Shown in pieces: positions 1 through 9,698 of a stretch of DNA of 64,000 nt. The DNA comes from a virus. Positions within the stretch are counted from its first letter, which is position 1; the number at the start of each line of letters is the position of its first letter. The stretch lies in IMG/VR virus record IMGVR_UViG_3300032296_003714, positions 32,001-96,000 of that record. One strand, written 5' to 3'. The position numbers and the translations under genes are program-made. Below the pieces are notes generated by a model. It saw only the letters and a list, made by a program, of their open reading frames with translations. It did not search any database and had not been told where the DNA came from.

Positions 1-173
1 AGAAGTTTACTCTTTATACTTTCATCATAGAGTTCGTCCTGCAGTTCTCTTAGAGTTTCCGTAAAAATACTTTCACCGATATCACTATTTTCATCAGTGA
101 GTTCCGCACCATATTTTTTCTGTAACTTTTCAAATTCTGCACTAATCTGTTTTAAAAAATCTTGTTCGTCCAT
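1..173 (-). CDS. Hypothetical protein, 5' part only (runs off the window start)
   Basis: ATG at 173 overlaps the TAA of the upstream exonuclease. The frame MDEQDFLKQISAEFEKLQKKYGAEL... stays open to position 1. Confidence 0.6.
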   Translation of the reverse strand, partial: MDEQDFLKQISAEFEKLQKKYGAELTDENSDIGESIFTETLRELQDELYDESIKSKL

Positions 174-874
174 TATTTTAAATTTACTAGTTTATTAACC
201 ACCTCATACAACTGCACTACGTCTTTCTCACAATATTTGTTTATCTTATCATAATCTTTTTCATTCCAAAAAACTTCATGTACTCTTGAACCGTCCATTT
301 CATCAGATTTTGGCGAAGGTACACCTAAAACTCCACACATCAAATCTAAAGTTGATATTGATGCGTATTGACCAAATTGCCATACATCCCTTGTATCAAC
401 AGCTTTAATTTCCCAAGGTTTAGTGTCATAAGAAGGTAAAATTTTCGGAGGAAGCATACCATTGATTACCATCCTTTTACCAATCATAGGGATATCAAAG
501 TTTTTAACATTATGACCACATAACCAATATCCCATCTCACCACACTTAATTAAGGTCTTTCTGACATTCTCCAATAACTTTTTTTCATTTGTATCGGAAA
601 TTACAGTTGTTTTGAATTTACCATTAGGGTCAACTACACCCATACAAACACACACAATTTTTGCAAATTCAGGAACCAATGCGGTTCTTATTTTAAACAT
701 CTCACTCAAAGACAAATTTTCATCTTCAGGGAATCTTTTTTTGAACCATGATTCGTAGTGTTCAAATAAAGAAGCTAGTTTATCATCTTTTTTGCAAAGG
801 TCTTCGTATGTGCTTTCTGTACCGACAGTTTCGATGTCGATAAATAGTAACTTTTCAATTGGTAAATTTATCAT
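173..874 (-). CDS. Stand-alone DEDD 3'-5' exonuclease (PolB-exonuclease-related family)
   Basis: ExoI LFIDIET, ExoII GHNVKNFDIP, ExoIII YCEKDV motifs. Confidence 0.85.
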   Translation of the reverse strand: MINLPIEKLLFIDIETVGTESTYEDLCKKDDKLASLFEHYESWFKKRFPEDENLSLSEMFKIRTALVPEFAKIVCVCMGVVDPNGKFKTTVISDTNEKKLLENVRKTLIKCGEMGYWLCGHNVKNFDIPMIGKRMVINGMLPPKILPSYDTKPWEIKAVDTRDVWQFGQYASISTLDLMCGVLGVPSPKSDEMDGSRVHEVFWNEKDYDKINKYCEKDVVQLYEVVNKLVNLK

Positions 875-2085
875 ATAACAGATTTATAAAACTCCGCTCT
901 ATTTTTTGTAATGGTATTTAAATCGTAAGTGTCTTTTACGGTTTCATACAATCTTTCGCCCATGTCTTTTATTAGGTTTGGATTCTTCACTAATTTCTCT
1001 ATGAATTTTGCCCAATCGGAGTGATTTCTGTTTTCATCAACCAACAAAGCATTTCCGTCAACAAAGTTACCATTTTTTAAACTATGTTTCAAATCAATTG
1101 TATATGGACCAAGATTTGAGGCAATCAACGCCTTTTTATAGAAACCAGACTCAATTACTTTAAGTTGTGATTTCATCCTATTAAACATATGATTTTTAAT
1201 TGGTGCTAGTGAGATATCAAACCTTGAGTAATTTTTTGCATATGATGTTACAGGTTTTGTCCAAACCCTTGCATAAGATTCAGATGACTCTTTTTGGTAA
1301 TCTTCTTGTGTATAGTTTAATAAAAACTTTTTGTAATCCTCAGATATTATCTGAAAGTTTTGTGTGAATATTTTTTCATACGAAGCCCATACCGTTTCTT
1401 CAGGCCTAATATTTCTTCTTACCTGTTCACCTGTTTGTTGATTGATTTCTGTAACGCTACCTCTCGTATCAAATCCACAAAGAACATATTGTACTCTATC
1501 TTTGATTGGCATCAGTTTGCTAAAAGACTGGTCTAATAATTGTAAATCATGTAAGTGAGAAGAACCACCTAACCATCCTATTCTAATTCTGTCAAATTCA
1601 GGGGTAGGTTCCATGAACTGAGGTTCTTTAGGATTAACACCATTTGGTAGAACGAAAACATTTTTATTTGTTTTCATTATTTCATCCGCAAATAAAGTTG
1701 TTGTGGTTGTAACATGTTTTGCAACTCTTATGTTTGCGACTATTTTTTCATTTATTTTATTAAACCTAATAATGTCGTGAATCGGATGTTCTTTACCAGG
1801 CATCCAATAATCGTCAATATCACAAATAGTGACGATACCCATTGAGTTTAATTTTTGAATGAACTGATTTGCAAAATCAAAATCATTGCCTATGCTCCTA
1901 TGAAATGCAACAATTTGATATTGTTTCCAAAAATCCATATCGGATACATTTGGTTCATAATCGATATCTACATGAAATTCATTAGGATATAGATTCTGTA
2001 AAAAAATGTGTGGGTCAACAGACCTGAATTTACCAACACCCGTTCTATCTGAAGGGATAACTAAAATTTTAATTTTTGACATCAT
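871..2085 (-). CDS. GT-B fold glycosyltransferase (GT4-like)
   Basis: DIDDYW, IGWLGGSSH, DISLAP...FNRMKSQLKVIESG, and a C-terminal 'MGERLYETV' helix typical of GT4-like phage GTs. Confidence 0.75.
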   Translation of the reverse strand: MMSKIKILVIPSDRTGVGKFRSVDPHIFLQNLYPNEFHVDIDYEPNVSDMDFWKQYQIVAFHRSIGNDFDFANQFIQKLNSMGIVTICDIDDYWMPGKEHPIHDIIRFNKINEKIVANIRVAKHVTTTTTLFADEIMKTNKNVFVLPNGVNPKEPQFMEPTPEFDRIRIGWLGGSSHLHDLQLLDQSFSKLMPIKDRVQYVLCGFDTRGSVTEINQQTGEQVRRNIRPEETVWASYEKIFTQNFQIISEDYKKFLLNYTQEDYQKESSESYARVWTKPVTSYAKNYSRFDISLAPIKNHMFNRMKSQLKVIESGFYKKALIASNLGPYTIDLKHSLKNGNFVDGNALLVDENRNHSDWAKFIEKLVKNPNLIKDMGERLYETVKDTYDLNTITKNRAEFYKSVI

Positions 2086-2137
2086 AAATTATTATTCAGT
2101 CAAAAATATAATCCTAATTATCTAATAAAAAAAGGGG

Positions 2138-2701
2138 TTATGATATTTTTTTGATTTTTGTTACTTTACCTTCGAATATATGTTTTCCTACTTTAAAACT
2201 AAAAACTTCGTTAGTTTTTTCTTCGGATTCAGTAATTAATCCATTTTCTTTCAATACCTTTCTTACTGTGGATTCTACTATTTGTTGTATTTGTTTAACA
2301 TCAAGATTTGATGTTTTTTGATTAGTATTTTGTTCCACAACAGGTTCTTTACCATCTCTCATTAATCTTGTTGCCTTTTCTACAAGTTCATCTGAAAGTG
2401 CACTTGTTTGCATCTGGACTGGTTGTATAGGATGCTCAATCATTAATTTTTTAATTTCATCAGGTAACCTTGAGTTTTTTATGGCTTCGACTGTTGGAGT
2501 TTTCATTGGTCTGTCCGAAGGTAACCTTGATGGTGTTTTTGTCTCTGACATAAACTCCTGAGGAATGTTGAATTTTGCTTCGGGTGCGTCAAACTGTTGT
2601 AATGATGTTGGGGGAAGTCCTCCGTTACCCACTTTCTTTATGCTATCAGATTTATCCATAATAGCTTTAGATATCATAAGTTTTTCCATTAATCTGTCCA
2701 T
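2138..2701 (-). CDS. Hypothetical protein
   Basis: 187-aa ORF in a tightly packed minus-strand run. Confidence 0.7.
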   Translation of the reverse strand: MDRLMEKLMISKAIMDKSDSIKKVGNGGLPPTSLQQFDAPEAKFNIPQEFMSETKTPSRLPSDRPMKTPTVEAIKNSRLPDEIKKLMIEHPIQPVQMQTSALSDELVEKATRLMRDGKEPVVEQNTNQKTSNLDVKQIQQIVESTVRKVLKENGLITESEEKTNEVFSFKVGKHIFEGKVTKIKKIS

Positions 2702-2704
2702 AAT

Positions 2705-3085
2705 TTAAAATTTACTAATAATAATAACATTAGTCATGCTTTTGTCACCATTTGGATTAAAATTTGGTCTCATTTGTGTGAAAATTTCTCCGGTAGGCTT
2801 CAACGATAAGATTTTATCTATCCTAAATAATCTCCATCCTGGTAGGGGTTGTTCTCCTTTAAATCCCGTATGAGAAGCACCTTCTTCATCCCAAGCTCTA
2901 AGAACTTTGTTACCTGCTTTACTGACACCTAAGCACACGGGTTCTATTTCCCTTAATCCACGTCCTCCTGGTTCATCACCATCATAATATATAATGCACT
3001 TCTTCTTGTTTTTTATACAATCAGTTATGGACTCGATTGAAGCAATCTCACAAATTAACCCTTTAAGTGTTCCTTGTAATTTCAT
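2705..3085 (-). CDS. Stand-alone WYL-domain protein
   Basis: IYY...R-EIEP-xxLG...VLRAW...WRLFRIDKI matches the WYL Sm/SH3-like pattern; no HTH domain. Confidence 0.75.
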   Translation of the reverse strand: MKLQGTLKGLICEIASIESITDCIKNKKKCIIYYDGDEPGGRGLREIEPVCLGVSKAGNKVLRAWDEEGASHTGFKGEQPLPGWRLFRIDKILSLKPTGEIFTQMRPNFNPNGDKSMTNVIIISKF

Positions 3086-3381
3086 ATTTGAAAGTCAGGA
3101 TATGGTTTTGAAGAATTGTATCTATTAATTTTTATTTCATTTTTTCTTTCGGCGATGTCAGTTTTGTCACCAGCCGCTTGATTATATACATCTAAAAATA
3201 CTCCTGTACCTCTACCTCTAGCATCACCATCAGCAACAGCATCTCTATTCACGGCGGAATATTGATTACCGACAGCATTAAAATCATTTTTAGGTATTAA
3301 TTTAGCTCTTTCTTGGTCTGCAATTGCAGTCATTGCATTTGCAACATTTTGAGACAAATCAAGTGTAAGTTCGTTTGCCAT
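3082..3381 (-). CDS. Hypothetical protein
   Basis: 99-aa ORF with a 4-bp ATGA overlap with the WYL gene. Confidence 0.7.
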   Translation of the reverse strand: MANELTLDLSQNVANAMTAIADQERAKLIPKNDFNAVGNQYSAVNRDAVADGDARGRGTGVFLDVYNQAAGDKTDIAERKNEIKINRYNSSKPYPDFQI

Positions 3382-3384
3382 AGT

Positions 3385-3861
3385 TTAAATTTTTGATATT
3401 ATTTCGTTTATTCTTCTTAAAGATTCTGTAACCGCAACATCGTATTTTGATAATGTTGAGCTATGTTCTTTGGATTTTCTAACATTTGTAAAATCTTTCT
3501 TTTCGTGAGGTCTGATAAATTGGTTCATCATACCTGTTTCCATTTTATTTGTTTTGGTTAATTTTTGACCTTCTCTCATTCTCCTCAAAATATCATTAAC
3601 CCAATTTTTCATTTCTACACCGCCATTCAAAATAAATGAAGGGTGTTTTTGGTCTCCTGTAAAATTGTCAAAAAAGTTTTTAATCCTTTTTAATTGTTTG
3701 TAGTCTATTGTTTCTTTCCCTTGAAGCTCTTTATTTCTTTGATATCCTTCAATATCTTCTCTAACTTCACCAGCCATTTTCATGCACTTAGCCATATGTT
3801 CCCTTTTATCTTTAGGGAAATCAATTACACCACTGGCATTATTATATAATTCTTTATTCAC
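3385..3861 (-). CDS. Hypothetical protein
   Basis: 158-aa ORF, overlap-coupled to the upstream gene. Confidence 0.7.
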   Translation of the reverse strand: MNKELYNNASGVIDFPKDKREHMAKCMKMAGEVREDIEGYQRNKELQGKETIDYKQLKRIKNFFDNFTGDQKHPSFILNGGVEMKNWVNDILRRMREGQKLTKTNKMETGMMNQFIRPHEKKDFTNVRKSKEHSSTLSKYDVAVTESLRRINEIISKI

Positions 3862-4642
3862 TACCTAATAGTTTAATTATGTCTTTTTTAGACATTCCTT
3901 GTTTCTCCGCTTGTCTCATCAGAGAGTTAATTTGTTTTTTTATAATACTACTAACTTTATTCTCTTTACTACCCACCTCTGAATTATCATCTGATTTTTT
4001 ATTAACAATAATATCTTCCAACACTTTAATAGCTTTTTGTCTTTGTAATTCTTCAATTCTTTCTTTTTCTTGAAGTCTTATTCTCATATCAGCCCCTTGC
4101 TTTTTCTTTTTATCAAGTTTTGGAACTTTTCCCATTTCTTCGGCTCTACCTACGGGGTCGTCAACACCCATCTTCTTAAGTTTTTTTATAGTTTCTTTCG
4201 GTGGTAAATCTTTTGTTTCCTCGTATCCAAATGCCTTGGACATATCTTCTTCACCAAAATAACTTCTATATGAATAACCTCTTCTGAATATATCACTAGG
4301 TTGAACAGCCATAGCAATAGTTTGGTCCATAGTTTTTCTTGGGTGCATTTTTGGGTCTAAAATAGGTATCTTTGAATTCATCAAACTTCCGTCTCCATCA
4401 ACCAACTCATCGATTTCAGATTTCATTTGTTTTGTAGACTTTTTCTTTTTTACCTTCAAAACTTTTTCCAAGTATTTTTCTATCTTGTCCAACTTATCTT
4501 TTGGAATTTTAACTACCTCATCTTTTTTTCTCGCTTCAGTCAACGTATCCTCACAAGAAAAATAAAGTGAATAATCATTTTTATTTTCTTTCAAGAAAAA
4601 ATAGTAAGAGTTATAAAAAAATTCTTTATCTAAAGTAATCAT
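3854..4642 (-). CDS. Hypothetical lysine-rich protein
   Basis: 262-aa ORF, first gene of the minus-strand unit; minus-strand TATTTATA lies 10 nt upstream. Confidence 0.7.
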   Translation of the reverse strand: MITLDKEFFYNSYYFFLKENKNDYSLYFSCEDTLTEARKKDEVVKIPKDKLDKIEKYLEKVLKVKKKKSTKQMKSEIDELVDGDGSLMNSKIPILDPKMHPRKTMDQTIAMAVQPSDIFRRGYSYRSYFGEEDMSKAFGYEETKDLPPKETIKKLKKMGVDDPVGRAEEMGKVPKLDKKKKQGADMRIRLQEKERIEELQRQKAIKVLEDIIVNKKSDDNSEVGSKENKVSSIIKKQINSLMRQAEKQGMSKKDIIKLLGSE

Positions 4643-4653
4643 CTTTTTTTACT

Positions 4654-4680
4654 ATAAATACTTCAACAAAAGGTATTTAT
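4654..4680. promoter_or_regulatory. Back-to-back divergent TATTTAT promoter-like elements
   Basis: Inverted repeat ATAAATAC-N11-GTATTTAT in the 49-bp gap between divergent genes. Confidence 0.6.
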
Positions 4681-4691
4681 TCTATTAGATT

Positions 4692-6722
4692 ATGTCATAT
4701 CAAAATATAAATCAATATGTGTTTAGAAGGTTATACCTAAAACCACTTAGGGAAATAACTGATATATCGTTAGCCTCAGATGAAAAAGATTATGACCAAG
4801 AGGTTATTTTCTCTCCACTATTGATAGGTGAAGATGATGGTAATAGAATGCCATTAAGGTTTGATTTCAATAGTTCAGGTACAACAGATTGTGTTAATTG
4901 TGGTGATTTTGATAAAGATACAGTAGTTTCTGAAAATTATTGGAACCCTTTAGATTTAGATTTAATAAATTGTGGAACAATAACTGAAATATGTGATGTT
5001 GGATTGACAGGTATCGATAACGGTCTCGTTAAAGCTTTTTCGGGTGAAACAATAGAATTAAATAGTGGATTATATACCTCACGTGCAGATAGATTCTCAA
5101 GATACAAATACGATAGAAGATTTAAAATGCACCCGATTACAGGGTTTACCACGTCATCAGATAGAATATTAGATGATGATTCATACACATATGAAGTAAG
5201 TTTTGATAATGATTCTAATGTTATTGGAGATTATATAAAATTTAATGGGGGATTTTATCAAGGTTTTTATAAGTCATTCGGATATGATTATCAGGTATTA
5301 CCTGAAAGGTATAATTTAGGTTGGACTTCAGAGTTCATGTTGAGATATAGATGGACAGGAGATACTGACACGGGTTTGAATGCAAGATATCCAAATAACA
5401 AGGGAACATTTTTTTATTATGGTGCTAGAGCGGAAAACAAGTTTTACCATTATGCCGATGGCTCTCCATTGAGTGATAGTGGGTATACAAGGGTTACACA
5501 AGGGTTAAATTGTTTGGAAACTTGTGGTTGTTCTTATACTGCAAATACTGCATCAACGTGTAACTATGTTTACCAACAATCAGGTGTAACGTCACAAAAT
5601 TGTAGTTGCGGTCAATGCCCTTGTAACTGTACTACGTTTGCTTTAATGCCGGAAAAAGACCCTAAATGGGATGAGGTTTCTAATGCCATGTCTTTGAGGT
5701 TGAGTGGGGATACAGGTAGTCCTAAACTTTGTGTTAAAACATATAGAATAACTGGTGATTGTGAAACAACCGGAACTTGTGCCACAGGTTTAACATACAC
5801 AACAGGAACAAGTGTAACTGAATGGTGTTCTACAAGGGGTATTTTTGATGACTGTTCTGGTAGTACATATTCAGAAACTGAAAGGTGGGTACAAATAGAT
5901 GCGGTCTTTCAAAGAAACACCTATTTAGATGATTGTGATTTACTATATAAAGGAGGTTTGGGTGAACTTGTAAAGACAGTATATACCGCCAGCTCAGCTA
6001 ATAATAGTGTTAGCTTAATACAGCCACCTATAACCCAAGAAATAGATTATGACCCAGCAACTGTCGAGGTTGTGGAAATGAATGAAAGATGGTTAGAAGA
6101 AAAAAATTATAGATTAGGAACTCTCAAGTTTTATGTTAATGGTAAATTGTTCTTGGTAGTAAATGGGTTTGAAGAAATTATACCAAGACCTTTAAATACT
6201 CTCAGAGAAACTCAAATAGGGGTTGCATATAACATATCATTAGGAGGAGGTACTCAAGGGTTACATGATAATTTAACTGTAACAGATTGTGCAACGACAT
6301 TGACAGGAATGACTTATCAACAAGACCCTGAATGTTTGCCAACTGAGGTTTTGGATGAAACATCTTACTCAGGTCTAACAACAAATATAAAACTTGAAGA
6401 GTACTTTGGGGGTAGCTTTTATGGTGACATTAGTGCTTTCAGGATGTATACAGAGCCGTTAAATGGAGCTCAGATAAGACATAATTTCAAATTATTAAAA
6501 GATAAATATTCATTATTAGACCCGTTCTGTTTGAAATGTGACACTCCAATAATTCCAATACCAACAACCCCCACTCCCACACCGACTCAAACAAGTACAA
6601 CAACCCCCACTCCCACACCGACTCAAACACCAACTCCTAGTTTTGTAGATAATAATTTCTTATTACAAGAAAATTTAGACTATTTATTACAAGAGGACGG
6701 AAATAAAATTATTATAACATAA
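4692..6722 (+). CDS. Cys-rich virion structural protein with LamG/ConA-like elements and a C-terminal Thr/Pro linker
   Basis: WVQIDAVF, LKFYVNGKL, FYGDISAFRMYTEPLNGAQIRHNF (LamG-type C-terminus); C-terminal PTTPTPTPTQT repeats. Confidence 0.55.
   Translation: MSYQNINQYVFRRLYLKPLREITDISLASDEKDYDQEVIFSPLLIGEDDGNRMPLRFDFNSSGTTDCVNCGDFDKDTVVSENYWNPLDLDLINCGTITEICDVGLTGIDNGLVKAFSGETIELNSGLYTSRADRFSRYKYDRRFKMHPITGFTTSSDRILDDDSYTYEVSFDNDSNVIGDYIKFNGGFYQGFYKSFGYDYQVLPERYNLGWTSEFMLRYRWTGDTDTGLNARYPNNKGTFFYYGARAENKFYHYADGSPLSDSGYTRVTQGLNCLETCGCSYTANTASTCNYVYQQSGVTSQNCSCGQCPCNCTTFALMPEKDPKWDEVSNAMSLRLSGDTGSPKLCVKTYRITGDCETTGTCATGLTYTTGTSVTEWCSTRGIFDDCSGSTYSETERWVQIDAVFQRNTYLDDCDLLYKGGLGELVKTVYTASSANNSVSLIQPPITQEIDYDPATVEVVEMNERWLEEKNYRLGTLKFYVNGKLFLVVNGFEEIIPRPLNTLRETQIGVAYNISLGGGTQGLHDNLTVTDCATTLTGMTYQQDPECLPTEVLDETSYSGLTTNIKLEEYFGGSFYGDISAFRMYTEPLNGAQIRHNFKLLKDKYSLLDPFCLKCDTPIIPIPTTPTPTPTQTSTTTPTPTPTQTPTPSFVDNNFLLQENLDYLLQEDGNKIIIT
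6564..6629 (+). repeat. 36-bp-period coding tandem repeat (TTPTPTPTQT)
   Basis: acaacccccactcccacaccgactcaaaca occurs at 6564 and 6600. Confidence 0.85.
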
Positions 6723-6728
6723 AAGAAC

Positions 6729-8675
6729 ATGCCCAATTTACCCATATCTCAACTACCGTTAGCGGTTTCAGGACAACCTGATTCTTTGATGGTAATCGTA
6801 AATCACGATATTGTACCAACAGGTATAACCAATTCAATTTATTTCTCCGCACTGACTCAACAACTTTCAGGAAGTTCAGGAAGTTCAGGAACAAGCGGTA
6901 CGTCTGGTAGTTCAGGGACAGATGGTAGTTCAGGGACAGATGGTAGTTCAGGGACAGATGGAAGTTCAGGAACTAGTGGAATTTCAGGAATAGACGCGGC
7001 GGCGACGTTACGATGGATATTACAAGATACTTCAGGAGGAAATCCTTCATCTGCCACATATTTTACTTCCTGTTGCAATTCTGGTTTATTGAACACAGGG
7101 AGTTTCAAGTTCGCATATGGAAGTACAACCGTTCCATCTGAAGGATTTTGGGACACCATTAACAATGGGACTAATCCTTATTTACAAATTGTTAAGGTTG
7201 GTGACTCAAACGTAATTGGATTGTATGAAATTTCCTCCGTAAGTTATTCCGACCCAGGAAATGGGGGTCAATATAATGTTACTTGTGTTGGTATACCAGC
7301 AATTTATGCTTCAGGTCTTTGGGGTTTAGGCGATACGTATGCTGTATCTTTTATTCTCAATGGTACTTCTGGTAGTTCGGGGTCTAGTGGAACGAGTGGT
7401 TCTTCAGGAAGCTCTGGAACTGATGGTAGTTCTGGTTCTAGTGGAACGAGTGGTTCTTCAGGAAGCTCTGGAACTAATGGTAGTTCTGGTTCTAGCGGAA
7501 CAAGTGGGTCATCAGGAAGTTCTGGTACTGATGGTAGTTCAGGTTCAAGCGGAACGAGCGGTTCTTCGGGGACATCAGGTTTTTCAGGCGACTTATATAG
7601 AACAACTTCATCAACTCTTCTTACAATCCAAACGGGTATCACAGGTACTTTCGTAATTGGTACTAATTTGGGATATAGTGTGGCACAAGATGTGATAATA
7701 GCATATGATTTATCAAATCACATGATTGGTATGGTTGTAAGTTATAATCCTGTTAATGGTGACATGGTTGTTAATGTTCAAACTATTACTGGTTCGGGTT
7801 CATATTCTTCTTGGTTAGTTAATTTGGCAGGCGCTGCAGGAGGTGATGGAAGTTCAGGGACTAGTGGAAGTAGTGGTTCATCGGGTATCTCGGGCTCATC
7901 AGGAACAAGTGGTTCTAGTGGAAGTTCGGGAACCGATGGTAGTTCTGGTTCATCAGGAAGCTCAGGTTCAAGTGGGTCTTCTGGAACTTCAGGCAGTAGT
8001 GGTAGCTCAGGAACATCTGGTAGTTCAGGTTCCAGTGGTACTGATGGTTCTTCTGGTAGTTCTGGCTCGAGTGGTTCTTCAGGTTCATCAGGAAGTAGCG
8101 GTAGTTCAGGAACATCTGGTAGTTCAGGTACAAGTGGTACATCACCAGTATTACCTCTTCCTGTTGTTTTCGGATTATTTGCACAAACAGGAAATAGTGT
8201 AACAGTAAGCGGAACAACAACTGAATCAACTCTTATTGATGGTGGTATTGGAACATTAAGTGTACCTGCAAGTGGTTTCACTGTCGGTGATAGTTTTAGA
8301 GCGGATATGGCTGGCGTATTAAATGTTGGTAATAACCAAACCATAAGAATAAGAGTTAAATCGGGTTCAGTTATTTTGCTTGATAGTGGTGCTCAGGCAA
8401 TAACAAATATCACCGAAGACATTTGGGGTCTTTCGATAAACTTCACTGTAAGACAGGTTGGGCCTGCGGGAGTCGCTTCTATTGTTTCTTTAGGTGCGTT
8501 CCATTATACAAAAACCACTAATGGAACCGTGGAAGGTTTTTCATTCAACACGGTCAATAACACAACATTTGATACTACAGTGAGTAATACATTAGATATT
8601 ACTGTGGAGTGGGGAAGTACAAGTGCGTCAAATAGTATTTATTCTGACATATTTGTATTAAATAAGATTTATTAA
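6729..8675 (+). CDS. Fibre-like virion protein with three Gly-X-X (GSS/GTS/GTD) repeat blocks
   Basis: N-terminal ISQLP motif; Gly at every third residue in blocks at about 6867-6990, 7362-7589 and 7830-8144, separated by beta-rich domains. Confidence 0.65.
   Translation: MPNLPISQLPLAVSGQPDSLMVIVNHDIVPTGITNSIYFSALTQQLSGSSGSSGTSGTSGSSGTDGSSGTDGSSGTDGSSGTSGISGIDAAATLRWILQDTSGGNPSSATYFTSCCNSGLLNTGSFKFAYGSTTVPSEGFWDTINNGTNPYLQIVKVGDSNVIGLYEISSVSYSDPGNGGQYNVTCVGIPAIYASGLWGLGDTYAVSFILNGTSGSSGSSGTSGSSGSSGTDGSSGSSGTSGSSGSSGTNGSSGSSGTSGSSGSSGTDGSSGSSGTSGSSGTSGFSGDLYRTTSSTLLTIQTGITGTFVIGTNLGYSVAQDVIIAYDLSNHMIGMVVSYNPVNGDMVVNVQTITGSGSYSSWLVNLAGAAGGDGSSGTSGSSGSSGISGSSGTSGSSGSSGTDGSSGSSGSSGSSGSSGTSGSSGSSGTSGSSGSSGTDGSSGSSGSSGSSGSSGSSGSSGTSGSSGTSGTSPVLPLPVVFGLFAQTGNSVTVSGTTTESTLIDGGIGTLSVPASGFTVGDSFRADMAGVLNVGNNQTIRIRVKSGSVILLDSGAQAITNITEDIWGLSINFTVRQVGPAGVASIVSLGAFHYTKTTNGTVEGFSFNTVNNTTFDTTVSNTLDITVEWGSTSASNSIYSDIFVLNKIY
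6905..6970 (+). repeat. 18-bp coding tandem repeat (GSSGTD)
   Basis: tggtagttcagggacaga x3 plus a partial copy. Confidence 0.9.
7383..7560 (+). repeat. 54-bp coding tandem repeat (SSGTSGSSGSSGTDGSSG)
   Basis: Near-identical copies at 7383 and 7437; diverged copy at 7491. Confidence 0.85.
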
Positions 8676-8704
8676 AAATAAAACAATATTTATAAATAAA
8701 AAAA

Positions 8705-9676
8705 ATGAACTGCAAGCAATACACACTAACTAACACAACATCTGGTAATTTATATTTTAATTACACAAGATGTGATGATAATATTTTTGAAAGTCAGGTT
8801 TTATTAGAACCAGGAGAAACAAAAAAAATATGGTTAATAACAAATTCATATTCATCTGCATTTGTTACTGGAATCCAAGTTGTCGATAACGGAGCTTTTC
8901 CTGCAACACCGGCAGTAACTCCAACTCCAAGTAGCACACCTAACCCAACTCCTACCATTACACCAACCATAACTCCAACTAATAGTGTAACACCAACCAT
9001 GACTCCAACTAATACTGTAACACCAACATTAACTTCAACACCAACTGTAACACCAACATTAACTTCAACACCAACTGTAACACCAACTCAATCAAGGTAT
9101 CAATTTGCCGCGTATTTCGGCTCAACTCCAGTTCAAGCTTGTGAATTATTTAGTGCTGTTACAATTTATGGTGATTCTGAATTATTTGATAATAATAGCC
9201 AATTCTACAATAATGTCTCAGGACCTGTAACAATAGACATGTCAGGTTATTATAGTTACGATAATCAGGTAACTGAAATTAGTTCTAATGGTACCCAAGT
9301 CGGCTCATTTGATAGCTGTACGGTACTTCCAACAAGAACTCCAACACCAACCGTAACTTCGACCCCGACAGCAACAGTAACACCAACCGTAACATCGACT
9401 CCAACTCCAACCCCAACAAGAAGTATGTGGGTGTATTCTTTAGGTTATGATGCAAATTCAGCATCAACAGCATGTAGTGACTATTCATCAAGTCCAATAA
9501 CTGTTTACGCACCTCTTGAAGGTGGTCCTGGACCTAACATCGGTGAAACATTGTATTCTGATTCAGGATTAACTACTCCTGTTTCTGATGGATATTATTC
9601 AAATGGAATTGCATGGTATCAAGTTACTGGTGGTTCTGGTGAAGTAACATCTTCTGACCCTAACGGTTGTGCATAA
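8705..9676 (+). CDS. Mucin-like Thr/Pro-rich protein with a duplicated Cys-containing domain (probable virion decoration or fibre protein)
   Basis: Two TPTVTPT-type linkers; two related domains (..AC......GYYS....G....C); TATTTAT upstream and a terminator downstream. Confidence 0.6.
   Translation: MNCKQYTLTNTTSGNLYFNYTRCDDNIFESQVLLEPGETKKIWLITNSYSSAFVTGIQVVDNGAFPATPAVTPTPSSTPNPTPTITPTITPTNSVTPTMTPTNTVTPTLTSTPTVTPTLTSTPTVTPTQSRYQFAAYFGSTPVQACELFSAVTIYGDSELFDNNSQFYNNVSGPVTIDMSGYYSYDNQVTEISSNGTQVGSFDSCTVLPTRTPTPTVTSTPTATVTPTVTSTPTPTPTRSMWVYSLGYDANSASTACSDYSSSPITVYAPLEGGPGPNIGETLYSDSGLTTPVSDGYYSNGIAWYQVTGGSGEVTSSDPNGCA
9014..9087 (+). repeat. 30-bp coding tandem repeat ([10 protein letters not shown])
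   Basis: actgtaacaccaacattaacttcaacacca x2 plus a partial copy. Confidence 0.85.
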
Positions 9677-9698
9677 CAAAAAAAAAATAAAAAAATAT

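Noticed and set aside
4653-4660. TATAAATA as a classical T4 late promoter on the plus strand
   Set aside because: Across the window the motif tracks the coding strand as TATTTAT. This copy is best read as serving the minus-strand gene.
6857-8344. Antisense and alternative-frame ORFs with PELP/VPLEPEL repeats
   Set aside because: These are shadows of the Gly-Ser repeat codons on the coding strand and have no independent expression signals.
6564-9087. Tandem repeats as a possible CRISPR array or DGR template/variable repeat pair
   Set aside because: Units are multiples of 3, in frame and lack unique spacers. No cas or reverse transcriptase gene and no adenine-specific mismatch pattern were seen.
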